A DNA stretch of 63,029 bases from Candidatus Thorarchaeota archaeon (lineage in GTDB: Archaea > Asgardarchaeota > Thorarchaeia > Thorarchaeales > Thorarchaeaceae). Position 1 is the first letter of the stretch. Each line of letters begins with the position of its first letter. Position numbers and translations under genes: made by a program. Below the pieces are notes generated by a model. That model did not search any database, was not told the DNA's origin, and saw nothing but the letters and a program-made list of their open reading frames with translations. This document shows, in pieces, positions 18,045 to 27,277 of the stretch. The stretch spans positions 1 through 63,029 of the forward strand of contig JBHLRP010000017.1 of NCBI GenBank assembly GCA_048882485.1, given 5' to 3'.

Positions 18045-18228
18045 GTTCCTGACCCGCCCATTTCTGAGTATCCTCAAATCTATGCTTAAACTCACAACAT
18101 ACTTACTTGATGAATGTTTACAACCACAATTGCCTTATAATGTGCGCGGATACTCTACTATTGCGGTAATATGCAGGAAATCGGCGTGGATGCGAACGGT
18201 TATCCACGGGCATGTTGCAAGTGAAAAC

Positions 18229-18290
18229 GAAGCAGGGTGAGGGGGGGCGGGCCCTGCTTCAAAGTGTTCTCTTCTCCAGACGCCCCCCTC
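18229..18290 (-). terminator. GC-rich hairpin followed by U-tract, with pseudoknot potential, downstream of the GGR gene
   Basis: GAAGCAGGG (18229-37) pairs CCCTGCTTC (18252-60); GTTTT follows on the minus strand; loop GGGGGGCG is complementary to CGCCCCCC (18281-88). Confidence 0.5.
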
Positions 18291-18299
18291 TCCCGTTTC

Positions 18300-19529
18300 C
18301 TACAATCCACTAAGGGCAATCGACTTCAGATACCCTTTCCCTATTCGCATCACCATAGGCAGGAAGTCTGAGAGAAGTGTCATTATGTCAGAAACCCCTG
18401 CATGCCCCTGAATTAATGCATTGAGAGTCTTTGCATCAAGCTGCGACAGCACTATCTCTGCGGCATCCAATGGATCGTTGTGCATTGAGTACTTGCTGAC
18501 AGCCCACATTCCCTTCCCTGTGTTTTGGATGTTTGACGCGAGTTTGCTCTTTCTATATTCCTTCTCATATTGGTGAATACTCTTCCTAGAGAAGTCGTTG
18601 TCGTCGACCGCTCTCTTGGCGTGTTTCGCAAGGAGTGTACCTGCATGGAAGCATGTTGTGACCCCTCCTCCGACAATGCTGGAAACCTGTCCTGCTGAGT
18701 TACCACAGAGAGAAACACCCGCATCAGTGAATTGAGGAATGATACCAGCACAAGGCACAACTCCTCCATTCTGCATAGCTATTTTCGAGTCCTGCAACTC
18801 AGGAATGTGCTTTCGATACTTCTTCAAGACATCCAAGAGTGAAGGCAGCTTTTCCCAGTTCTCCTTTGAGGATGGCACTCTACCAATTCCTAGATTGACC
18901 TCGGTCTCACTCCTTGGGTACAACCACAAATAGCCAAGCCCGACGTCTCGAGCTACGAAGAAGTATGCGGTATCAGGGTCAACACCTTTGCAGCCTTCGA
19001 GCTTCCATCGGATTCCATATGAGAGGAGCCACTTGGAATGGGTGAATCCTGCTGTTTCAGAGACCCTACTGAACGAGCCGTCAGCACCCACAGTGAGCCC
19101 AGCGCGTTCTTCCAACTCCTCATTATACTTCACCCCAACGACCTGATTCCCTTCTTTTACAACTGACTTTACACGAGCACTATATCTGAATTCGGCACCA
19201 TCTGCCTCAGCTCGTTCTCGCATGAGGTCCTGACATTTATCTTCATCGAGAAGATAGGAGTTGCCGAGGAGTCCTTTCCCCACGACAATCTTTCCCCGAG
19301 TGTCAAGACTCTCACCAATGATCTGGGTATACTTGTTGCCGATATATTCCGAGTCGGGCCTCACTCTTAGGAGCTTCAGTGCGTTGTCGGTCACTAATTC
19401 TCCCATGAGAGAGTCAGTGACTTTCTTTCGTTTTTCAAGAACCAGAGTATTGAGGCCATTTGCTGAAGCTCTGTCTGCTGTCATCAAGCCTGCGGGCCCA
19501 GTTCCCGCTATAATGAGGTCGTAAGGCAT
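18300..19529 (-). CDS. Geranylgeranyl reductase family FAD-dependent oxidoreductase (DGGGPL reductase-like)
   Basis: YDLIIAGTGPAG, VGADG, GYLWLYP, NLGIG, GGVVPC, GNSAGQVSSIVGGG. Confidence 0.88.
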   Translation of the reverse strand: MPYDLIIAGTGPAGLMTADRASANGLNTLVLEKRKKVTDSLMGELVTDNALKLLRVRPDSEYIGNKYTQIIGESLDTRGKIVVGKGLLGNSYLLDEDKCQDLMRERAEADGAEFRYSARVKSVVKEGNQVVGVKYNEELEERAGLTVGADGSFSRVSETAGFTHSKWLLSYGIRWKLEGCKGVDPDTAYFFVARDVGLGYLWLYPRSETEVNLGIGRVPSSKENWEKLPSLLDVLKKYRKHIPELQDSKIAMQNGGVVPCAGIIPQFTDAGVSLCGNSAGQVSSIVGGGVTTCFHAGTLLAKHAKRAVDDNDFSRKSIHQYEKEYRKSKLASNIQNTGKGMWAVSKYSMHNDPLDAAEIVLSQLDAKTLNALIQGHAGVSDIMTLLSDFLPMVMRIGKGYLKSIALSGL

Positions 19530-19679
19530 TCATATACACCCACACTGGATGGTTACAGCCCTCGTCTTCATAGCCTCTATATCTGTTTCCCATGCGGATA
19601 TTCCTGCATTGTCTATATTGCTATCTTTAAAATAGGATGCAATATCCAACTCGACTGTCAAAATCAATGAGATAGAGCG

Positions 19680-20618
19680 ATGAAGATAAGAACCATCCTA
19701 TATGGCATCTACATGGCTGTTTCCATCCTCGTCAGCATCACAGTGGCAATTGTTCCTGCAATCGCATCCATATTGATCGCATACGAGCATCTAGATCGGA
19801 TAATTACCTCCTTCGGAGGAATCTTTGCAGCCTATGAGCAGTGGGTCCTTGATGTTTTTGGATGGTTTCTCCCTCAGATTGTCTTTGACAAGTTCTGGTT
19901 CATCCTACTATTTCCCACTATGATTTTCCTTTGCTATGGAATCTTCTTGGGAATCCTTGCTGTCATGTTTCGGCTATCTCAGATGGTCATTCCCAAGCTA
20001 GAGGACGGCTTCTATGAACTAGAAACCGACGCCTGGCTACTCTATGAGTATCGCGAGGTCTACTATCTTCTTTTCCCGTATTTTGCATGGTTCTTCTCGG
20101 TGTTCTTTGATGTGAAAGGTAGACACATCTGGTTTGGAGCCAAGCTTGGCAGAGGGACCATTGTTGGCAATGGGCGTCTAATGACTCCCGATCGCATCAT
20201 TGTCGGGAACAATTGCCTTGTTGGATTTGGCTCAATACTCACTGGCCACATGTATGAAGGCGAAGGAATCTATCTCAAGACTGTGAAGGTTGGCAATAAT
20301 GTGACAATTGGAGGCTATGCCATTGTCTTTCCAGGCGCAGAGATTGGGGACAATGTCATCATTGCAGCGAACTCTGTAGTACCAAAGGATAGGAAAATTC
20401 CTTCAAACACAATATGGGTCCGTGGAAAGGCAGTTCCACGTATGGTAAGAAAAGAGGACATCAAGGATGAGCCTGTATTAGGTGGACCCGTTTCGCTGCA
20501 TAAGGAAGAGCTTGTCGAGAAAGCGAATGATGTCAAAAACTCCGTTAAAAGGCATAAACAAACGCGCAAGCATAAGGATGAAACGGAGCAAGACGATGAG
20601 GAAGAGAATGAAGAATAG
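19680..20618 (+). CDS. Membrane-anchored hexapeptide-repeat (left-handed beta-helix) acyltransferase
   Basis: N-terminal TM segments, then GAKLGRG, IVGNNCLVG, VKVGNNVTIGG, GAEIGDNVIIAANSVV; acidic C-tail. Confidence 0.8.
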   Translation: MKIRTILYGIYMAVSILVSITVAIVPAIASILIAYEHLDRIITSFGGIFAAYEQWVLDVFGWFLPQIVFDKFWFILLFPTMIFLCYGIFLGILAVMFRLSQMVIPKLEDGFYELETDAWLLYEYREVYYLLFPYFAWFFSVFFDVKGRHIWFGAKLGRGTIVGNGRLMTPDRIIVGNNCLVGFGSILTGHMYEGEGIYLKTVKVGNNVTIGGYAIVFPGAEIGDNVIIAANSVVPKDRKIPSNTIWVRGKAVPRMVRKEDIKDEPVLGGPVSLHKEELVEKANDVKNSVKRHKQTRKHKDETEQDDEEENEE

Positions 20619-20680
20619 TAACTCGTAACTCAGTGTGAGGACTTATCACCGAGTGACTCAGTAATGGAAGAGATTCAACA

Positions 20681-21073
20681 ATGAGGCTGCTCATGTTCCA
20701 TGTGGAGCATTTCTGGTTCAGACCTAATGAAACCTCAGAGGAATCTTCAGATGATTTCATTGATGCACTCCTCGTCTGGATACAGTCTGAGGAAAGGGAT
20801 GAAGCCGATAAGGCCGCAGTTTTGCGGAAAATGGTGAAGAACATCCGATGGTTAGCACAAAAGGTTGGAACCCGCAAAGTGATCCTTCACTCTTTTGCAC
20901 ATCTTGGCGAGAGTAAGTCCAAACCAGGATTCGCAGATGCTCTTATCGATGAGGCTGCGTCCCGTCTACGGGATCGAGAATATGTAGTTGACATCGTTCC
21001 CTTCGGTGCTTTCCATGAGTTCAAAATGCATGTGAAAGGGCCTTCCTTAGCTAAGGTCTTCAAGAGTTTCTAG
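20681..21073 (+). CDS. Stand-alone archaeal threonyl-tRNA synthetase editing domain
   Basis: MRLLMFH, VILHSFAHL, PFGAFHEFKMHVKG. Confidence 0.88.
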   Translation: MRLLMFHVEHFWFRPNETSEESSDDFIDALLVWIQSEERDEADKAAVLRKMVKNIRWLAQKVGTRKVILHSFAHLGESKSKPGFADALIDEAASRLRDREYVVDIVPFGAFHEFKMHVKGPSLAKVFKSF

Positions 21074-21327
21074 GGCTTTTCTTGAACAAAAGAGAGTAGA
21101 TCCGGATGCATCCTCACTTCGCAATCCGAGATATTTGGGATAAACCCTGGGAAGGGGATCTTTCTCCTATAATACCATGAACCAACACCTTCACATCGCG
21201 AATTCTTGGCATCGTAATGCCTGCAGTCCATACAGGGCATTGTGTTATCAGGCGGATTTTCCACCACGACCTCCACGTAGTTTCCTTTGAATCTGTCCCA
21301 GATGCGAAGGACTCGAGTTGCTCTCAT
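21070..21327 (-). CDS. Small Cys-rich putative metal-binding protein
   Basis: CMDCRHY..C..C pattern; ATG start with an upstream TATA-like element. Confidence 0.55.
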   Translation of the reverse strand: MRATRVLRIWDRFKGNYVEVVVENPPDNTMPCMDCRHYDAKNSRCEGVGSWYYRRKIPFPGFIPNISDCEVRMHPDLLSFVQEKP

Positions 21328-21426
21328 ACAATTCTGTACTTGTCAAACATTATAAGACACCCAAAAATGTGGTATCGCGCATAATTGAGATGAGTACTTA
21401 ACTACTGAAACGGACGAGCAAGCAAG

Positions 21427-22851
21427 ATGCAAGAGAGGCCAAAATACACTCCCAGAGGTTACCAGACGTACATCCTTGATAAAATCAGTGAGCTCAGGGA
21501 TTCCAATCTTCTCCTTGAGCTTGATTGTGGTCTAGGGAAACGTTTCGTCACGCATCAGCTTGTGGCAAAGCAATTCCCAGAACTCAAGTTCATCATTGTT
21601 GTGCATTCATCATCGTCCCTTGCTGAAACCATGGACTATCTACGTGGAGAGTACGGAGGACTTGATGAGGACCTCGGTGAACTGTCTTCTCGAGTGCCTT
21701 CACCAAAACGACCCTATATCCTCAAAGAGAAGCGTATTGTTGTAGCAACCCCTCAGGTATTAGCAGGAATGGCAAAGAAAGACTTGAGCCTGTTTGAAAC
21801 GTTTGATGCAATACTGATTAACGAGGTTGACACAATAATTAGGAGATCCGGAGGACGTACCGCTTTAGTCTTCCCATGGCCAACGATTCTCTCACTGCTG
21901 GGCGATAAGTGGCTCATCGGCATGAGTGGGACTCTTCGCGATGATCATGCAGTCTTCACAAAGGAGCAGCTTGAGATTCGTGATGAATTGAACACGCTGA
22001 GGGAACAAATTCCTGAGGCCGAATTGATCTCGATGGAGGACCTGTATGGTACTGATGTTGAGAGCTATCTGGAACCAACATTCCTCACAGTTGGAACCGT
22101 GACAGATGTGAAGATCAGATCAATTTCGTCTGTTTTGGATGAGCTCATTGGGAACACAAGGGCCGAGATTATGGCAGAACTTGCTGCAGGAGATAACTTG
22201 GACCTGATAGAGGGAGACGCTAGACGAGTGCATATGCTTCTAGAACGACTGCCTGTCACAGAGGAGTTGAAGGGACAATATTCGGCGCTACTGATGCTGC
22301 GCAAATATGTCTATGCAATGCCTCCTAAGCAGTTCCTCAGAATGTTTCACTCTGACTACATCAAGCAGCACTTCAATGTGAGTCAGCTCCGCAGAACTCT
22401 TCCCACTGTGCCTGCAAAAGTCACAAGAGTGCTTCAAATTGCTCTGAACTACAAGAAAACGCTTGTCCTCACTTCCTATCTTGAAATGGTGTCTCAGATT
22501 CAGAAGGTGCTTGAAAAAGCTGGCCTTAATGTGCTTGTAATCACTGGACAGACCCGCGACAAGGGTGAGGTCCTACGCCAATTCAGAGAGAATCCCGACA
22601 CACATGCTCTTGTAATGTCTCCAGTTGGTGAACGTGACCTTGATATTCCTCAGGCTGAAGTCATGATAATCTGTGACACAATCAACACTTCGAAGACAAT
22701 GTATCAGAAAATGAAAAGGACAAGGGGCGGGCTAGTGGTCCTGCTCGCCTACAGCGGCACATCTGAGGAACGAAAGGTGAGACGACTGATGCAGCGAGTT
22801 CTTGAACGCTATCCTTGGTCTACAGCTGTTGTGGAGCATGAATCTCTATGA
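21427..22851 (+). CDS. SF2 (Hef/FANCM/XPF-like) helicase-fold protein with degenerate catalytic motifs
   Basis: Q motif TPRGYQ, motif I LDCGLGKR, Ib VATPQ, II LINEVD, III GMSGT, V PVGERDLDIP, VI YQKMKRTRG. Confidence 0.8.
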   Translation: MQERPKYTPRGYQTYILDKISELRDSNLLLELDCGLGKRFVTHQLVAKQFPELKFIIVVHSSSSLAETMDYLRGEYGGLDEDLGELSSRVPSPKRPYILKEKRIVVATPQVLAGMAKKDLSLFETFDAILINEVDTIIRRSGGRTALVFPWPTILSLLGDKWLIGMSGTLRDDHAVFTKEQLEIRDELNTLREQIPEAELISMEDLYGTDVESYLEPTFLTVGTVTDVKIRSISSVLDELIGNTRAEIMAELAAGDNLDLIEGDARRVHMLLERLPVTEELKGQYSALLMLRKYVYAMPPKQFLRMFHSDYIKQHFNVSQLRRTLPTVPAKVTRVLQIALNYKKTLVLTSYLEMVSQIQKVLEKAGLNVLVITGQTRDKGEVLRQFRENPDTHALVMSPVGERDLDIPQAEVMIICDTINTSKTMYQKMKRTRGGLVVLLAYSGTSEERKVRRLMQRVLERYPWSTAVVEHESL

Positions 22852-23775
22852 CTACTTGCCTGTAAAGGTATCAGAGATGAGATTCAAGAGTGGCTCTTTA
22901 TATGTAGGGTCGACCTTTGACTGCACATAGCGGCAAATCTGAATGAAACGATTCGTTCTAGCATCTGCATCCTCTTTTGTGCCGATGATCTTCCTGGCAC
23001 TCTTTGTGATCTCTCCCACTATTGACCTTGCTTTCTTATACTCACCAAGAATCTTAGCAGAATCCTGCTCAATTCTCTGGATTTGGCTCTTAACGCGAAT
23101 ATCAGCAAGGTCATCACTTCCAAGGGCTTTGACCATGTCCATAATCACATCGAGCATTCCATTATGGAGCCCAGCAATCAACGCCTCTACTTCGTAGGCA
23201 GTAAACTTGACATCCGTAGACTCATCACTGAGCTTCCACTTGAGATCGCTACTTCTGTTGACAGTCAGTTCTCTATCTCCAATGACTATCTTCTCATCAT
23301 AGAATCTGCTGTCTAGACTACCCTGCACAGCAGTCTTCATTAGGGCGGCTTCTGCTAGCTTTAGGCTAATCGTTTGACCTCCGTTCATTACAGCAATGCA
23401 GTACCCTTGCTTTGGTGTTGTCTTCTTAACATAGTCCGAAGCAGGAGCAACCTCCACAGGAGGAAGACGTTTTAGCTTCTCAGCCAGTTCCCGGATTTCA
23501 GTTTCAGTGCAAACGTATTTCTGTCTGTCACCAGCGACAGTTATTGTACCATCCTCTGAGCGCTCGAAGTCTATTTTGTTTCCTCCCCCAACATCTGTTG
23601 TCTTATGATATGTCTGTTTATAGCTCCTTGCTGTCTGAGCGAGTTTTTCGAGCGCAGCAGCAATCATATGAGCCTCTCCATATCCAAGGGTGATTTCAGC
23701 AGCGCCATCAGTGCCGCGTCCAATTCCAACGGCTCCATCGGTTCTTATCTTGACGTACATCTCACCGACCACCAA
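22852..23775 (-). CDS. Hypothetical protein with four beta-meander/helix repeats (PC4/Whirly/PUR-like) and helical C-terminus
   Basis: Repeated helix-start motif: ITLGYGEAHMI, YVCTETEIREL, ISLKLAEAALM, VKFTAYEVEAL. Confidence 0.7.
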   Translation of the reverse strand: MVVGEMYVKIRTDGAVGIGRGTDGAAEITLGYGEAHMIAAALEKLAQTARSYKQTYHKTTDVGGGNKIDFERSEDGTITVAGDRQKYVCTETEIRELAEKLKRLPPVEVAPASDYVKKTTPKQGYCIAVMNGGQTISLKLAEAALMKTAVQGSLDSRFYDEKIVIGDRELTVNRSSDLKWKLSDESTDVKFTAYEVEALIAGLHNGMLDVIMDMVKALGSDDLADIRVKSQIQRIEQDSAKILGEYKKARSIVGEITKSARKIIGTKEDADARTNRFIQICRYVQSKVDPTYKEPLLNLISDTFTGK

Positions 23776-23876
23776 TGCTTCTAGAAGCGGAAATGCAGAA
23801 AACTATTCCGGCATTATACTCCTCTAGAGGCCATGACTATAACTCAAATGTAATAATCTATCAATGTTAGTGAGAT

Positions 23877-24044
23877 ATGGTTGTCATGGACCAAGAGAAT
23901 ACTCAATTAAACCGTGAACTTCCGGAGTCGGCGTATCTATGCCCCTTTTGCAGCGAACAGGGGACTCGAAGAGGCAAAGCTCTTCGACTTCTTCTGTCGG
24001 CACCAGTCTTGCTTCTATTACTCGCACTCCTCTCAATTGGGTAA
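23877..24044 (+). CDS. Small ORF (55 aa) with CPFC knuckle and C-terminal TM helix, not in the ORF track
   Basis: MVVMDQENTQLNRELPESAYLCPFCSEQGTRRGKALRLLLSAPVLLLLLALLSIG*. Confidence 0.4.
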   Translation: MVVMDQENTQLNRELPESAYLCPFCSEQGTRRGKALRLLLSAPVLLLLLALLSIG

Positions 24045-24138
24045 TTTGATTTATGATTGGAGTCCTCTCCAACATAATGGCTGTTAAGAATTAGTAGAAC
24101 AGAAACGCAGAAGGTATTCATCCTTCTGCCTTCATATC

Positions 24139-24498
24139 CTAAATCTCGTCATCTACTTCGAAGGCGATTCCGCCTATTTCCTTTGTTTCGAAACCAATCC
24201 CAATCGTGTGTGATCCTTCTGAGAGTGGATCTCCCTTCACATGAATCTCGACTTCAACACCGACCTTGATTAGGAAGGTGTTCGCTTCTGTGACTTCTGC
24301 TGCTGCAACTTCTCCATCGGGGGTCTTGATTAGCATCGCATCAAGTGGATACTCATTGCCATCAACAGTGACAGGTGACAATGAGGTCGCAGTCCCATTC
24401 GATAATGAGTTCTTAATCTTGAAGCTGAAGCCATCATTTTGGTTAGCGAGGCTATTTTTTACATATAATCTCTTCAGGATACTTGCAGGTATCTTCAT
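24139..24498 (-). CDS. Conserved hypothetical beta-sandwich protein (DUF6379-like)
   Basis: IPASILKRLYVKNSL..GFSFKIKN..VTVDG..GSHTIGI pattern, recalled from small archaeal beta-sandwich proteins. Confidence 0.65.
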   Translation of the reverse strand: MKIPASILKRLYVKNSLANQNDGFSFKIKNSLSNGTATSLSPVTVDGNEYPLDAMLIKTPDGEVAAAEVTEANTFLIKVGVEVEIHVKGDPLSEGSHTIGIGFETKEIGGIAFEVDDEI

Positions 24499-24702
24499 TT
24501 TTTCTTCGTGCCTCCACTGAGGTTCTTGGGTCTGGCTCTTGGCTCAATCTTTTATAGGTTCCGAACCGTATCTAAATCGACAAAACCCGCGGTAAATGTA
24601 ACTTGACCTTCTGTGGGACACTCGTTTCGTTTGAGAGAGTGATTCCACATGCCACCTCCTCGACTCTGCGGGAGAAAAGCATGCCAATGGATTGTTGTGA
24701 TT

Positions 24703-25773
24703 ATGACGACTGCAGAAGATTCTCAGAGTTTGGTCCAATATCGTTGCGAAGTCTGTAATGCACCGTATCCGCTAGGAGCTGATGATGTCATCTCAACTTG
24801 TCCGTATTGTGGACATACGTTCATAGTTGATGGAGGAGAGTTAAAGACACACTTGCTTCTAAGCAATAAGCTCGATAAAGAAGGAGTGAATAAGACGGTT
24901 TCAGATTGGTTGCAGTTTGCAGCATCAAAGTCAGTAGGAAAGGGTGTCACCAAGGACATAGAGCTTGGTGAGCCAACTCTTCAGTGGATTCCTATGTTCC
25001 AAGTAAATGCATCGACTGAAACATACCACTTTGGCGCAGAGCAAGAAGGGTCTGGCGACAAGAAGCGTTGGGTCAAAGTCGAGGGGCGTGATTCAGCCAA
25101 AATCACTGAATGGGTGTTGGCAAGGCGATATGCTGCCACATTTGGCATCCAAGAGTTCATAGATACTCTAGAGGACACAGAGTCAACGAATTTCGATATC
25201 AGACTCACTGGCAAGGCGCCAGTACTCAATGCCGAGATTGCTGATACTGATGCACCAGTTCGCGCAAAATATCAAAAGTCGGAAAGAGACCGTGCTGAAT
25301 TGAAAGAGAGAATGGACAAGCTGTTCGATTATAGACTTGATATGGAACTTGAGGATTGCACCTACGTACATGCTCCATATTGGCTAATCAGATATGAATA
25401 TCGAGGGGGCACTTTCCGAGTTGCGGTGTCCGGAGCAAGTGGGAAAGTCGTTCTTGGAGAGTTACCAGTCACGAAGACTTATCGAGTGAAGAAATGGTTC
25501 ACAAGCGTATTCATGCTAATTGCAGCCGCGCTTCTTATTCAGGGAACCCCATACGTCACCCTCATAATTCTGTCGTCCGACTCATCTGATGGAGATGTCT
25601 TTCTTATTCCAATTGCGATGTTCATCTTGGGGCTTATCCTATGGGCGGGATCTATCCAGATTGTTGGCGGTGTTTTGAAGTATGAGATAGAGCTGACTGC
25701 AGAAGGAGAGGAACGTGAGGAAGGATTCTCTTTTGGCGATTCCATCAAGGATCTGGGAGGTAGGTTTTCATGA
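24703..25773 (+). CDS. Zinc-ribbon membrane protein (paralog A)
   Basis: CEVC-x13-CPYC, YVHAPYWLIRYEY, VSGASGKV, two C-terminal TM helices. Confidence 0.8.
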   Translation: MTTAEDSQSLVQYRCEVCNAPYPLGADDVISTCPYCGHTFIVDGGELKTHLLLSNKLDKEGVNKTVSDWLQFAASKSVGKGVTKDIELGEPTLQWIPMFQVNASTETYHFGAEQEGSGDKKRWVKVEGRDSAKITEWVLARRYAATFGIQEFIDTLEDTESTNFDIRLTGKAPVLNAEIADTDAPVRAKYQKSERDRAELKERMDKLFDYRLDMELEDCTYVHAPYWLIRYEYRGGTFRVAVSGASGKVVLGELPVTKTYRVKKWFTSVFMLIAAALLIQGTPYVTLIILSSDSSDGDVFLIPIAMFILGLILWAGSIQIVGGVLKYEIELTAEGEEREEGFSFGDSIKDLGGRFS

Positions 25774-26747
25774 GCAAGATCCAATGCCCGAACTGTGATG
25801 GTCCAATTCAAATTCCGCCTCATTCTAGTACAGTCGTCTGTCCCTATTGTAGCACAACTGTTCAAGTGAAGACAGGTGAGATCCTCAAAGAGAGTTATGT
25901 CATGAGAGTGCAGTATAGTCTTGATGATGCATGGGGCAAGCTGCTGAATTGGGCTACGAAGCAGCTTGGTGCTCCGCAAGACCTAGAGCAGAAATCCAAA
26001 GTTGTCGAGAGTGAACTGGTATACTATCCATTCTGGGTCGTTGAGGTTGAGGCTGACGGCAATTTTGTAGGGACACAGAAGAAGCCAACCTGGGGAGGTG
26101 GAGGTCGCTTCTCAAGCTTAAGTTGGGAGTCGGTAGAAGAAACAGGCCATCTTGACTTGGAGAAGGACATCTTTATTCCTGCTACAATGGATGTTCCCAA
26201 GGCCCTTATTGACTACATCATCCCTACAAAGAGAAAGGAGTTCTTCAGCAAGGAAATGATTGATGATGTTGCTGGGAAGCTAAGACCTGTTCAAGTAGAT
26301 CGTGAGGCTGCAATCGATTCTGCAAGGAAAGGAATGAGTCGAGTTCTGCACGAAGAGGCAATGAAAGAGGTTGATCACGTCAATAGGATGGAAACAACCC
26401 TCAATGTTCCTGCAGTCTTCTTGGTCTACGTTCCTGTGTGGCATATCAAGTATGACTTCTCAATCAGGAAATACAATGCCATGGTGGATGGAGCATCTGG
26501 CCGGGTAATCTCATTGAAATTCCCCAGAAAGATGGCCTTTAGAGCTATGACATTCATGGGAGGGCTGCTGCATCTTGGTGTTGGAGGAGGCATAGGATTG
26601 CTTCTCGTTTACCTGGGTCTAACTCAGTTCGATGGAGTTTCCCCCACTGTAATAGGAATTGTGTTTGGTCTAGGAATGCTTGGATTTGCACTTCGCTTTC
26701 TGAGAACGGCGTTTACACTTGATGCGGAGGAGGAAGTAGCTGGATAA
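25770..26747 (+). CDS. Zinc-ribbon membrane protein (paralog B)
   Basis: CPNC-x13-CPYC, YYPFW, VYVPVWHIKY, VDGASGRV, two C-terminal TM helices; ATGA overlap with paralog A. Confidence 0.82.
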   Translation: MSKIQCPNCDGPIQIPPHSSTVVCPYCSTTVQVKTGEILKESYVMRVQYSLDDAWGKLLNWATKQLGAPQDLEQKSKVVESELVYYPFWVVEVEADGNFVGTQKKPTWGGGGRFSSLSWESVEETGHLDLEKDIFIPATMDVPKALIDYIIPTKRKEFFSKEMIDDVAGKLRPVQVDREAAIDSARKGMSRVLHEEAMKEVDHVNRMETTLNVPAVFLVYVPVWHIKYDFSIRKYNAMVDGASGRVISLKFPRKMAFRAMTFMGGLLHLGVGGGIGLLLVYLGLTQFDGVSPTVIGIVFGLGMLGFALRFLRTAFTLDAEEEVAG

Positions 26748-26856
26748 GGACTAGTGGGTTCCCCTTTGTGCCCCCTCTCCAATTCCTCTCGACAAAGATA
26801 ATAAGCAGGCTCATCTCGACCTAGCATGAACCAATCTCTATCAGAGGAGAAGTATA

Positions 26857-27225
26857 TTGCAATTTGGAATCTTTGATTCAATCTTCGGAATGTTTTGGGA
26901 ACTCTTCGGTGCCCTCACCTTGGTCTTCATCTTAGTTCCAGTCATATTCTGCATAATAATGGTGTCTGTTATGAGAAATGCATGCAGAACAAGCTCACAG
27001 ATAACAAGAGGTTGGACAACAGAAGCGCCATCATTTGTAATTCCTGATAGACACAGGGGCAGGAGAAGAAGCGACGGTACTGAGATTCGTACAGTGCGCT
27101 TACCTGAGAGGTGTCCTTCCTGCAACGCATCACTAAGTCATGAGGACATTGATTGGACCGGCCCTCTAGAAGCAAGGTGCAACTACTGCGGCGGGACGGT
27201 CCGAGCTAACTTCGAAAGCGTCTGA
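26857..27225 (+). CDS. Membrane-anchored protein with C-terminal zinc ribbon
   Basis: N-terminal TM; CPSC-x18-CNYC. Confidence 0.7.
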   Translation: MQFGIFDSIFGMFWELFGALTLVFILVPVIFCIIMVSVMRNACRTSSQITRGWTTEAPSFVIPDRHRGRRRSDGTEIRTVRLPERCPSCNASLSHEDIDWTGPLEARCNYCGGTVRANFESV

Positions 27226-27277
27226 GCTTTTCTTAAGTATTGAATCATCGAACGTGTATACAATGAGGCATGCAACT

